Shown: positions 1 to 7,524 of the stretch, piece after piece
How the letters are laid out: each line of letters opens with the position of its first letter
Position numbering within the stretch: the stretch's first letter is position 1
Source of the DNA: Alphaproteobacteria bacterium
GTDB taxonomy: Bacteria; Pseudomonadota; Alphaproteobacteria; Rs-D84
Direction of reading: 5' to 3'
Length of the DNA stretch: 64,000 bases
Assembly: GCA_015062545.1 (NCBI GenBank)
Contig: SUUL01000001.1
Coordinates: forward strand, 96,375 to 160,374
Program-made: the position numbers and the translations under genes
The notes under the pieces: generated by a model
Databases searched by the model: none
The model's input: only the letters and a program-made list of their open reading frames with translations
Told to the model about the DNA's origin: nothing

Positions 1-299
1 CGCTGCAAAAATCCAAAGAAATTTTACTGTATTCTTATTACAGCAACAATATTGAAATTGCAGAATTTAATGACGGGCATATAAAGTACTTTGACCGCAA
101 GGGAGATGCAGATTTTCCACACAAATTGGCAACATGGCTGATGGACAAAACGGGGCATGCGTGGGAACTGATTCGCGCCCAAGAATCTGTGCATGCAAAT
201 ACAATCAATGAACAAAAACAGGAAGAATTAGTTGCAGACCCACTGGTCGCCAGCGCAATGAGCTTGTTTGAAAACGCAGAAATCGTAGGAGTAAAATAA
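1..299 (+). CDS. 3' end of an upstream gene (partial), unknown function
   Basis: Frame 3 is open from the window edge to TAA at 297-299 (98 codons, no stop). Its stop overlaps the next ATG as TAATG. No recognisable family. Confidence 0.4.
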   Translation, partial: LQKSKEILLYSYYSNNIEIAEFNDGHIKYFDRKGDADFPHKLATWLMDKTGHAWELIRAQESVHANTINEQKQEELVADPLVASAMSLFENAEIVGVK

Positions 300-757
300 T
301 GACACAACAATCCGGACGTTCTTTGATAGAAGTTATTGGGGTTATGGCCATCGCGGGCATTATGACAATTTCTGCATTGAGGGCATATAATATCATGCGC
401 ACAAATCAAAAACGCACCATCGCAGATGCAGAATTAGAACAAATTGCACAAAATACAAAACTGTTGATGGAAATGCGTGGCGATTATACAGGGGTATCTG
501 TTGACTATCTGGTCAAAGCCGGCGCATTACAATCTGGGCGCGCACCAATCGGGGGTGAAGACTGGTCAATTACCGCCAGCACAGATGGCACATCTTTTTT
601 AATCAACTTGGTCGATCTGACATCCGGGGAATGTGATTATTTTTCAGCCATAAAAAAGAAATGGGTCAGTCAAATACTGGTCAATGGATTTGAAACAGGT
701 TATTCAGAAAACTGTTTTAAGTCTGATACAAACCAAGTGTCTTTTGTAGTAAAATAA
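299..757 (+). CDS. prepilin-type N-terminal domain protein (type IV pilin/pseudopilin-like)
   Basis: N-terminus ...GRSLIEVIGVMAIAGIMTISAL has Gly at -1, Glu at +5 and a hydrophobic helix, typical of the prepilin cleavage/methylation domain. Translationally coupled on both sides. Confidence 0.55.
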   Translation: MTQQSGRSLIEVIGVMAIAGIMTISALRAYNIMRTNQKRTIADAELEQIAQNTKLLMEMRGDYTGVSVDYLVKAGALQSGRAPIGGEDWSITASTDGTSFLINLVDLTSGECDYFSAIKKKWVSQILVNGFETGYSENCFKSDTNQVSFVVK

Positions 758-1432
758 ATGCGACAATTAAAATTATTTTTGGCTTTATTTTTTCTGGGCG
801 CATGTGCGCAATATATCAGTCCTGCCCGCGATACATGGTCGCAATATTTGAACGGGGTCAGCTTTACCGACATGACAGAAATTTCCAGGGTTGCAAAACG
901 TCCTGTATATCTGGGGGCGGGTGGACAGCTGATAGAAAATGCCGTCAAGACCGCAGATGCATTTGACTATGGCGACAAAATAACAAACGACAACATGATT
1001 GCAAAACAATATATGGCACAGTTGGAATATGAACTGTATGACGCATTACGCAAGCCAGGGATTTCTGTTCAACGCGCAGGAACAGATGTAGTTATAATCT
1101 TGGTACGTGACGCAATTATGGAACTGGATGTGGCAAACATATCACAAACAGGCGCAGATACATTAAGTATTATTACCAAAATTTTGAAAAAGTATAATGC
1201 AACATTTATGGAAATCGCGGGTTATACCGATGCAATGCGCGACATAAATGGGGCACATGCGTTGTCATTAGACATGGCAAAGCGGGTCGGTGTATATTTT
1301 GCACAACACGGTATTATAACCGCACGTATGTTCATTGTCGGACGTGGCGCCGCCAGACCAATCGCGGCCCAAGACGATATAGGACGACTGACCAATCGGC
1401 GTGTGGAAATACGTCTTAGCCCGGCACGATAA
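758..1432 (+). CDS. OmpA/MotB C-terminal domain lipoprotein
   Basis: Signal peptide plus lipobox (FFLGAC). C-terminal OmpA-like peptidoglycan-binding motif ...GYTD...NRRVEIRL. Confidence 0.7.
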   Translation: MRQLKLFLALFFLGACAQYISPARDTWSQYLNGVSFTDMTEISRVAKRPVYLGAGGQLIENAVKTADAFDYGDKITNDNMIAKQYMAQLEYELYDALRKPGISVQRAGTDVVIILVRDAIMELDVANISQTGADTLSIITKILKKYNATFMEIAGYTDAMRDINGAHALSLDMAKRVGVYFAQHGIITARMFIVGRGAARPIAAQDDIGRLTNRRVEIRLSPAR

Positions 1433-1498
1433 CTTTCACTTTTCATTTGAAAATTTTATTGTTATAGTGTGGGTACTAACAAACAAAAGGATGGAAAA

Positions 1499-2161
1499 AT
1501 GGCAAAAAAATCTACTGAAAACTTGGCTGTAAAAAATTATAAAAAAACCGGAATTGTTGCGGCGATTGTTATCACAGTGGCAGCACTGGGGGTATGGGGC
1601 GTGGCCAGCCTGAATTCCAACAGCGCGTCTGTTGCAGATGCAATGGAAGTGGTAACTACAGATGCGGCAAATGGTGCAAATTTGCGTATCGCAGTTATCA
1701 GAATGGATGCAATTCAAAATGATGCAAAAGCATTGGCTGATTTGCGCAAACAAAAAGAATCTTATGAAAATAAATTGCGCGATGAACTGACAAAAAAACA
1801 AAAAGAATTAGAAAAAGAAAAAGCAGAAATTGAAAAGTCACAAGATGTATTATCACGTGAAGCACTGCAACGCCGCGTTGTTGATTATCAAAACAAAGTA
1901 ACAAACCTGCAACGCGAATTAACAGAACGCGCACAAAGTGTTGAAATGTCTTTCCAAAAGGCATTGAATGACCTGCAAGTAAAGCACCTGGATCCCGTAA
2001 TAGAAGGTATCATTGACAAGAAAAAGTTGTCTTTGGTAATTGATGGCCGCATGGCACGTACAGGCGCAGACGCAGAAAACTTGGATATAACAAATGAAGT
2101 TATCCAGGCTTTGGATAAAAAAGTTTCCAAAGCAAAAATGGAAACACCAAAAGGTTTCTAA
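1499..2161 (+). CDS. OmpH/Skp-like periplasmic chaperone
   Basis: N-terminal hydrophobic anchor, then a long coiled-coil (KQKESYENKLRDELTKKQKELEKEKAEIEK...) typical of the Skp/OmpH family. ATG at 1499 is preferred over GTG at 1469 because of the AAGGA SD 7 nt upstream. Confidence 0.65.
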   Translation: MAKKSTENLAVKNYKKTGIVAAIVITVAALGVWGVASLNSNSASVADAMEVVTTDAANGANLRIAVIRMDAIQNDAKALADLRKQKESYENKLRDELTKKQKELEKEKAEIEKSQDVLSREALQRRVVDYQNKVTNLQRELTERAQSVEMSFQKALNDLQVKHLDPVIEGIIDKKKLSLVIDGRMARTGADAENLDITNEVIQALDKKVSKAKMETPKGF

Positions 2162-2190
2162 AAAAAAGCCCCGTTTGGGGCTTTTTTTAT
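2162..2190. terminator. bidirectional intrinsic terminator (gccccgtttggggc + T-run)
   Basis: GC hairpin flanked by an A-run and a T-run, between convergent genes. Confidence 0.7.
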
Positions 2191-2825
2191 TTATTAGGAA
2201 TAATTTTTATTTCTACACGTCTGTTCAAACTGCGACCATTTGGCGTATCGTTTGACGCAATCGGATTTGATGACCCTAATCCCATAACCTCAAACCTGGA
2301 TTCTTTGACACCCTGCCCTTGCAAATACGCCGCAACAGATGCCGCACGTTCACGCGATAAATTCAAATTATATTCCGCAGAACCTGTGCTGTCAGTATGC
2401 CCAGACACCAACACGGTGGAATTGTTATATTTATTCAATACACGTGCCACAGAATTTAATACAGGATAAAATGACGAATTTATATCAGCAGAATCTGTTT
2501 TAAATGTAATATTTCCAGGCATAATTAGACGAATATTGTCATCAGATTCAACAACCTGAACCCCCGTTGAAACCAATTCTGCCCGCAATTCTGCCGCTTG
2601 GACATCCAGATAATAACCAACACCACCACCAACCGCACCACCGGCCAATGCACCAATTAATGCGCCTTCGCTGCTGTTACGACTGCCAATCAAGGCACCT
2701 GCCGTTGCGCCAATCGCAGTACCCCATGTTGATTTTGCCGTTTGTGTTTGACCCGTATATGGATTAACGGTTGTGCATCCTGCTATTAATCCAGTTAATA
2801 CAAACAAAGAAATAATTTTTTTCAT
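2187..2825 (-). CDS. OmpA-family outer-membrane lipoprotein with glycine-zipper (Pal/YiaD-like)
   Basis: Start MKKIISLFVLTGLIAGC (lipobox) at 2825 with an AAGGAG SD. Gly-zipper GATAGALIGS.. and a C-terminal OmpA domain (GHTDSTGS..NRRVEIKI). Confidence 0.75.
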   Translation of the reverse strand: MKKIISLFVLTGLIAGCTTVNPYTGQTQTAKSTWGTAIGATAGALIGSRNSSEGALIGALAGGAVGGGVGYYLDVQAAELRAELVSTGVQVVESDDNIRLIMPGNITFKTDSADINSSFYPVLNSVARVLNKYNNSTVLVSGHTDSTGSAEYNLNLSRERAASVAAYLQGQGVKESRFEVMGLGSSNPIASNDTPNGRSLNRRVEIKIIPNK

Positions 2826-2879
2826 TTTTTCTCCTTTTGGTAACAGTGGCATTGTAGAACATATTTTGTGAAATATCAA

Positions 2880-2905
2880 AAAAAACCGTCCCTGTCGGGA
2901 CGGAT
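2880..2905 (-). terminator. intrinsic terminator (ccgtccc-tgtc-gggacgg) downstream of the 2906..3883 gene
   Basis: Perfect 7-bp hairpin followed by a T-run on the minus strand. Confidence 0.6.
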
Positions 2906-3883
2906 TTATTTCGTCTTGATTTTACGCTTGTTCATACATGCCACTTGTAACATTTGCATATACTTATTCTTTGACAGATGCGGAATAACTAATGCGCCAT
3001 CCTTGTCATGAAACGTGTCGTACAAGATGTCGCGCGCAGGACGATACGGTTCTTGTACAGTATTTTTCTTTAACAAAACCTTCAAGTTTTCTATTTTAGC
3101 GGTAAATTTATCAATCATATACTGAATATGACTTATGGTTTGTTCGTTTGCTTTTTCGCGTATTGCATCAGTCATCGCATTCTTCCACCACTGCAACGGA
3201 ACATCTGTACATTTTTGTATCTCTTGTTCCAATTTTTTACACAGCTTTATTTGCTGTTGCCTCTGTTGCAGGTCATAGCTAATATCATTATACGGGTCAA
3301 TTCTTAACAGCTGCATTTTTTTACGATACAAGTCTTGGTAATAATTCATATTACATATCGACATAGATGCAAAAACAGATTCTATTGCATACCATACATA
3401 TTTGTTAACATAGTCTTGCATGCGTTTTGATAAATTTTCTGGTAAAAATGCTTTGGAATCCTGCAACCCTTGAATCAATAACGCGTTCGTTTCCGGAAAT
3501 GCCATGTATGGTTTTCTTTTATAAATATCCATATAAGGTCTGATAATTGAACGATATATACGATATTTTGCATATTGTGCCTCGGCTGCTTGTTGGGTTT
3601 TAGCAAATATTGGTATCTGGGCAACGTCATATTCATGCATATTGTCTGCAACGGTTGAACCATGGTCTATGTTGGCAGAACGGCGCGTTAATAAGCCGCC
3701 AAACAACATGTCCAACATTTCAAATGAAAAACATGACACAAATGGCCCCGCAGGTTCTTGTTTGCCCGTAACATCCACCGCATATAATGCAATACGCCCT
3801 TCTTTGCCACGTGCAACAAACCTGAAACCTTTGGGCGCATATTTATTCATCTTGCGCAAAAACCAACCTTTTTCAAAAATCAT
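2906..3883 (-). CDS. hypothetical protein (325 aa), no recognisable family
   Basis: Long clean ORF with an AGGTG SD-like sequence upstream and its own terminator. Lies next to tRNA-Val(TAC). Confidence 0.5.
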   Translation of the reverse strand: MIFEKGWFLRKMNKYAPKGFRFVARGKEGRIALYAVDVTGKQEPAGPFVSCFSFEMLDMLFGGLLTRRSANIDHGSTVADNMHEYDVAQIPIFAKTQQAAEAQYAKYRIYRSIIRPYMDIYKRKPYMAFPETNALLIQGLQDSKAFLPENLSKRMQDYVNKYVWYAIESVFASMSICNMNYYQDLYRKKMQLLRIDPYNDISYDLQQRQQQIKLCKKLEQEIQKCTDVPLQWWKNAMTDAIREKANEQTISHIQYMIDKFTAKIENLKVLLKKNTVQEPYRPARDILYDTFHDKDGALVIPHLSKNKYMQMLQVACMNKRKIKTK

Positions 3884-3961
3884 ACATCACACCTTTTTGT
3901 TTACACATCTGTCGCGCCAATCATTGCACAGAATAAATTTTTGGCAACACCGTGTTTGGAT

Positions 3962-3990
3962 AAAAAATCCGCCGTTTGGCGGAAAAATTC
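3962..3990 (-). terminator. intrinsic terminator after tRNA-Val(TAC)
   Basis: Hairpin ccgccaaacggcgg plus a T-run on the minus strand, immediately 3' of the tRNA. Confidence 0.6.
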
Positions 3991-4067
3991 TGGTGGGTGT
4001 TGAGGGACTCAAACCCCCGACCCTCTCGGTGTAAACGAGATGCTCTAATCAACTGAGCTAAACACCC
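3991..4067 (-). tRNA. tRNA-Val(TAC)
   Basis: Reverse complement folds as a cloverleaf: acceptor GGGTGTT/AACACCC, D-arm GCTC..GAGC, anticodon stem TCTCG/CGAGA with loop TTTACAC (anticodon TAC), T-arm GGGGG-TTTGAGT-CCCTC, encoded CCA. Confidence 0.85.
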
Positions 4068-4110
4068 AAGGCTGACAGATAATATAATATATTTTTTTAT
4101 TTGTCCAGTA

Positions 4111-4839
4111 TTATTTGATATTTTTTCCATTTTTTACGGAAAAACCCTGTTTTCCAACAGAAATTATACCATCTTGATATATCGGCGCGACCATATTTTT
4201 GACATCTTGACACCAATATATATCGCCATTTTTCAATGACACCGCATATAAAACACGGTCTGTAGATACGACAAAAGCAAAATTTTCTGTGACAACAAAC
4301 GGAACACCAACACCGATATCCAAACACCACTTTTTTACACCAGATGCGGCATCAAGCTTGCAAAACGCATCGCCCAAACCACCAACATATACATAACGGT
4401 CAACCGGAACCACAGGGGCAACAATATCAACCATTGATGCGCCGCCTGTTAAATTACTGGCACGATATATGTCCGCAATCCAGATAATTTGACGATTCTT
4501 TGGGTTCAACTTTACCAATTCACCGGTGGTTAATCCCGCGTAAATATATTTGCCACTGCACACCGGTGACACATTACCAGAAACGGTATTAGATGTTGGA
4601 AAACCACTAAAAATCTTGCGAGTACCATCCCAAACTACATTATTTTTATCTTGGGTGTACGGACAATTACTGTTATCAATATTAACAATTTTAGTGGGGA
4701 CATCCAGGATGTCTTGCCCCAAAACATTTACATTCGCACCATCAAAAATCGCCGTGCGCACACCTGGCAATATCGGATCATGCTTGTCACATGCGACTAA
4801 TGCACCTGAAACAAAACAAAGCAACAACCATTTACGCAT
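4111..4839 (-). CDS. bamB: PQQ-repeat beta-propeller lipoprotein, BamB-like (unusually short, 242 aa)
   Basis: Lipobox LVAC and repeated PQQ-like blades (..YAVSLKNGDIYW.., ..KLDAASGVKKW..). Sits directly downstream of a YfgM-like gene, as in the yfgM-bamB arrangement. Confidence 0.55.
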   Translation of the reverse strand: MRKWLLLCFVSGALVACDKHDPILPGVRTAIFDGANVNVLGQDILDVPTKIVNIDNSNCPYTQDKNNVVWDGTRKIFSGFPTSNTVSGNVSPVCSGKYIYAGLTTGELVKLNPKNRQIIWIADIYRASNLTGGASMVDIVAPVVPVDRYVYVGGLGDAFCKLDAASGVKKWCLDIGVGVPFVVTENFAFVVSTDRVLYAVSLKNGDIYWCQDVKNMVAPIYQDGIISVGKQGFSVKNGKNIK

Positions 4840-4848
4840 GTTTTATCC

Positions 4849-5499
4849 CTATCTTAACATCTGGGCGTTACCAGAAATAACTGCAGGGGCATTTTTATCA
4901 TTTATAATCTTGTCCAACCACTTGTCTGCATTGGCTTTGTCCCCAACGGATAAATACTTTTGCGCAATCGTTAAACGTGCCGTATAACAAAATGGCGATG
5001 CATCAGTATCTAAATCTGATAAATATTTTTCAACATCTGATGCAGACATTTCGTCCCCCTGCAAGCCTACAATATGCAATTTTGCCAAGTCACGAAAATC
5101 ACGTGTATTGCCGGATTTTGCCAACTGTTCTAACTTAGTCACATCATTATCCAACAAGTATGATTGAAACAATGCCAAATCTGCAGTCGCCCCAGATGCA
5201 TTATCCGCCAATGCCGCCAACGCATTCGCATCAACATTTTCAATCGCTGTTTCATACGCAACCGCAGTTGCAACTTTATTTGCATGATATGTACGCATAC
5301 CAATCTGAAAAGCAGTCGCAACAATCAAGACCGCCAATGCGCCCGCCAAAATGTGACGTGAATATTTTTTTACAAACTGGACTGTTTTTTCATTGTTTAC
5401 ATCTTCCCATACTTCGCGGTACAGGGCATCTTGCGCGTGTTCTGCATATGTCTTTTTTGTGGGTTTGACATTTTTATTTCGTTCCAACATAGTTGCCAT
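4849..5499 (-). CDS. YfgM-like membrane-anchored TPR-like protein
   Basis: Cytoplasmic N-terminus, single TM (ILAGALAVLIVATAF), helical periplasmic repeat region. Synteny with the BamB-like gene. Confidence 0.5.
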   Translation of the reverse strand: MATMLERNKNVKPTKKTYAEHAQDALYREVWEDVNNEKTVQFVKKYSRHILAGALAVLIVATAFQIGMRTYHANKVATAVAYETAIENVDANALAALADNASGATADLALFQSYLLDNDVTKLEQLAKSGNTRDFRDLAKLHIVGLQGDEMSASDVEKYLSDLDTDASPFCYTARLTIAQKYLSVGDKANADKWLDKIINDKNAPAVISGNAQMLR

Positions 5500-5516
5500 T
5501 ACAATTTCTCCTGTGC

Positions 5517-5545
5517 TTGATAATTATTAATTTATGTTATACTAT
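5517..5545 (+). promoter_or_regulatory. candidate sigma-70 promoter TTGATA-17-TACTAT for rpoH (would give a near-leaderless mRNA)
   Basis: Hexamers at 5517-5522 and 5540-5545 with 17-nt spacing. ATG of rpoH is at 5553. Confidence 0.35.
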
Positions 5546-5552
5546 AGAAGTT

Positions 5553-6461
5553 ATGAGCAAGGAAATCAAGAACCCATTACCAGTAAAAAACAACACCAGC
5601 ATCGTGGCTGCACGCGGTGTTAATGATGAAACAGGGTTGGCACAATATATTCAGACCGTACAAAAAATCCCCGTTCTGTCTGCAGAACAAGAGTATGAAT
5701 ACGCAACACAATGGGTAAAAAAGCAAGATAAATTTGCAGCAGAAAAACTGGTGGCAAGCCACTTGCGACTGGTTGTGTCTGTGGCTTATGACTATAAGAA
5801 CTATGGAATACCCGTATCAGAACTGATTGCCAGTGGCAATATGGGACTGATGCAGGCATTACAAAAATTTGACCCAGACAAAGGGTTTCGTTTTTCAACA
5901 TACGCCATGTTTTGGATCAAGGCAGAAATATACGAAACTATATTGAACAACTGGTCTGTGGTTCGTATCGGAACATCTGCAAATCAAAAACGGGTTTTCT
6001 TTAATTTATCACGTGCAAAACGCGCGTTGGGGATTATGGATAACAACCTGTCAGACGAACAAACAAAACAAATCGCAGAATATCTGGATGTACCAGAACG
6101 TGATGTAGAACGTATGGCAACAAGAATCGGTGCACGCGATTTGTCTTTGAATGCACCAATAAATTCCGATGATGGCGCAAGTGACATACTGTCAAATATG
6201 ACGGATGGTCGCGACAATATTGAACAAGTTTTGGAACAAGTCGAATTTCGCAAACGTGGTTATGAACTGTTAAAAAAACATCTGGGCAAAATGTCCGAAC
6301 GCGACAGAGCAATCTTGACAGCGCGCCGCCTGCAACAACCTGTGGCAACATTGGAATCGTTGTCGCAAAAATATGGAATTTCACGCGAACGTGTACGGCA
6401 AATAGAAGAGCGCGCATACAAAAAACTGCGTGATGCGATTTTACAAGAAAGCGAAGGGTAA
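5553..6461 (+). CDS. rpoH: RNA polymerase sigma-32 factor RpoH
   Basis: Sigma-70 regions 2 and 4 plus an RpoH-box-like QKRVFFNLSRAKRAL. 302 aa starting from MSKEIK. Confidence 0.85.
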   Translation: MSKEIKNPLPVKNNTSIVAARGVNDETGLAQYIQTVQKIPVLSAEQEYEYATQWVKKQDKFAAEKLVASHLRLVVSVAYDYKNYGIPVSELIASGNMGLMQALQKFDPDKGFRFSTYAMFWIKAEIYETILNNWSVVRIGTSANQKRVFFNLSRAKRALGIMDNNLSDEQTKQIAEYLDVPERDVERMATRIGARDLSLNAPINSDDGASDILSNMTDGRDNIEQVLEQVEFRKRGYELLKKHLGKMSERDRAILTARRLQQPVATLESLSQKYGISRERVRQIEERAYKKLRDAILQESEG

Positions 6462-6467
6462 CATACA

Positions 6468-7496
6468 ATGCATTTATGGTCAAAAGTCGCACTGGTGGCA
6501 ATAATATCATCTGGTGCGCCGTACGCGGCGAACGCCTTGCAATACGATGCAGGAAAATTGTCCTTGAAACTGACAGGATATGCAACAGGCGGTGTTATTG
6601 AACCTGACTTTGAATCAACATTATTTATCGGTGACTGGCGCGCACGCGCACAGGCATCATACAACGCATCAGATAACTATAAGTTTGGGGCGGTTTATGC
6701 ATTAGACGAAGCAGCATTAGACAAAGGGAACTTTTCGCGCGAAATATTTGGTTTTATGGAAATAAAAAACATTGGTCGTATCGAGGTTGGTTTTACAGAT
6801 TCCATTGCGCGCAAGTTGGGAATTGGATTGCCTGATGTTGGGGGACTGCGTATTAATGACAGACCAATATTTAATGAAAAAATCGTACCAGATGGCCCCG
6901 TAATCGCAGATACAACACTGACCAGCGGGCGCAGCAAATCATTGCGTATGAACGTGGCAAGCGCACCAACAAATGGTGCACAATATGGTATATCTGTCGC
7001 GGGATTAACCGACAATTATGACTGGGCCGTGGACGCAGGATTAAAAATCCGCCGCCCGTCTGGCAAAATAAAAACCGCATATTCATTTGGTGCGTCTTTT
7101 ATGGACAACCCAAAAAACTTTGACAACGAGGTATATACCCCAGGTGTCACCGCAGATTGGCGCGCCCAAATGTCTGCGGGCATGAACGTACAATACAACA
7201 GTTGGATTTGGGGTATAACGGGACGTATAATTTATGACGAAAACCCAATCGGCCCAATATCAGACGGTTTCGTTGTTGGCACCGGTGTCAGCTATGATTT
7301 ATTTAGATACAGCGTATCTTTGACATATATGTTTTCAGATACGGGCGTGTGGCAATCTGATGTCAAAGATTTTCACGACAATATGATTATTGCTTCTTTT
7401 AGATATAAATATACAGAATTTATTGATGGGTGGATATCTGGCGGGATTACATCAGATACACCATTTATATCCGCAGGGTTGCGTGCAACTTTCTGA
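6468..7496 (+). CDS. outer-membrane beta-barrel protein (porin-like)
   Basis: Signal peptide (..SSGAPYAANA), alternating amphipathic beta segments, C-terminal ...GLRATF ending in Phe as in OM beta-barrels. Confidence 0.55.
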   Translation: MHLWSKVALVAIISSGAPYAANALQYDAGKLSLKLTGYATGGVIEPDFESTLFIGDWRARAQASYNASDNYKFGAVYALDEAALDKGNFSREIFGFMEIKNIGRIEVGFTDSIARKLGIGLPDVGGLRINDRPIFNEKIVPDGPVIADTTLTSGRSKSLRMNVASAPTNGAQYGISVAGLTDNYDWAVDAGLKIRRPSGKIKTAYSFGASFMDNPKNFDNEVYTPGVTADWRAQMSAGMNVQYNSWIWGITGRIIYDENPIGPISDGFVVGTGVSYDLFRYSVSLTYMFSDTGVWQSDVKDFHDNMIIASFRYKYTEFIDGWISGGITSDTPFISAGLRATF

Positions 7497-7502
7497 TAAA
7501 AA

Positions 7503-7524
7503 ACCGCCATGCGGCGGTTTTTTA
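7503..7524. terminator. bidirectional intrinsic terminator (accgcc-atgc-ggcggt + T6)
   Basis: Hairpin with flanking A/T runs between the convergent porin-like and virD4-like genes. Confidence 0.7.

Noticed and set aside
38-409. Minus-strand ORFs (38..409, 24..215, 205..402) at the window start
   Set aside because: They overlap a fully open plus-strand frame (1..299) that ends in a TAATG coupling with the downstream pilin-like gene, so the plus-strand reading is preferred.
6034-6585. 183-aa minus-strand ORF
   Set aside because: It is antisense to rpoH, whose identity is clear.
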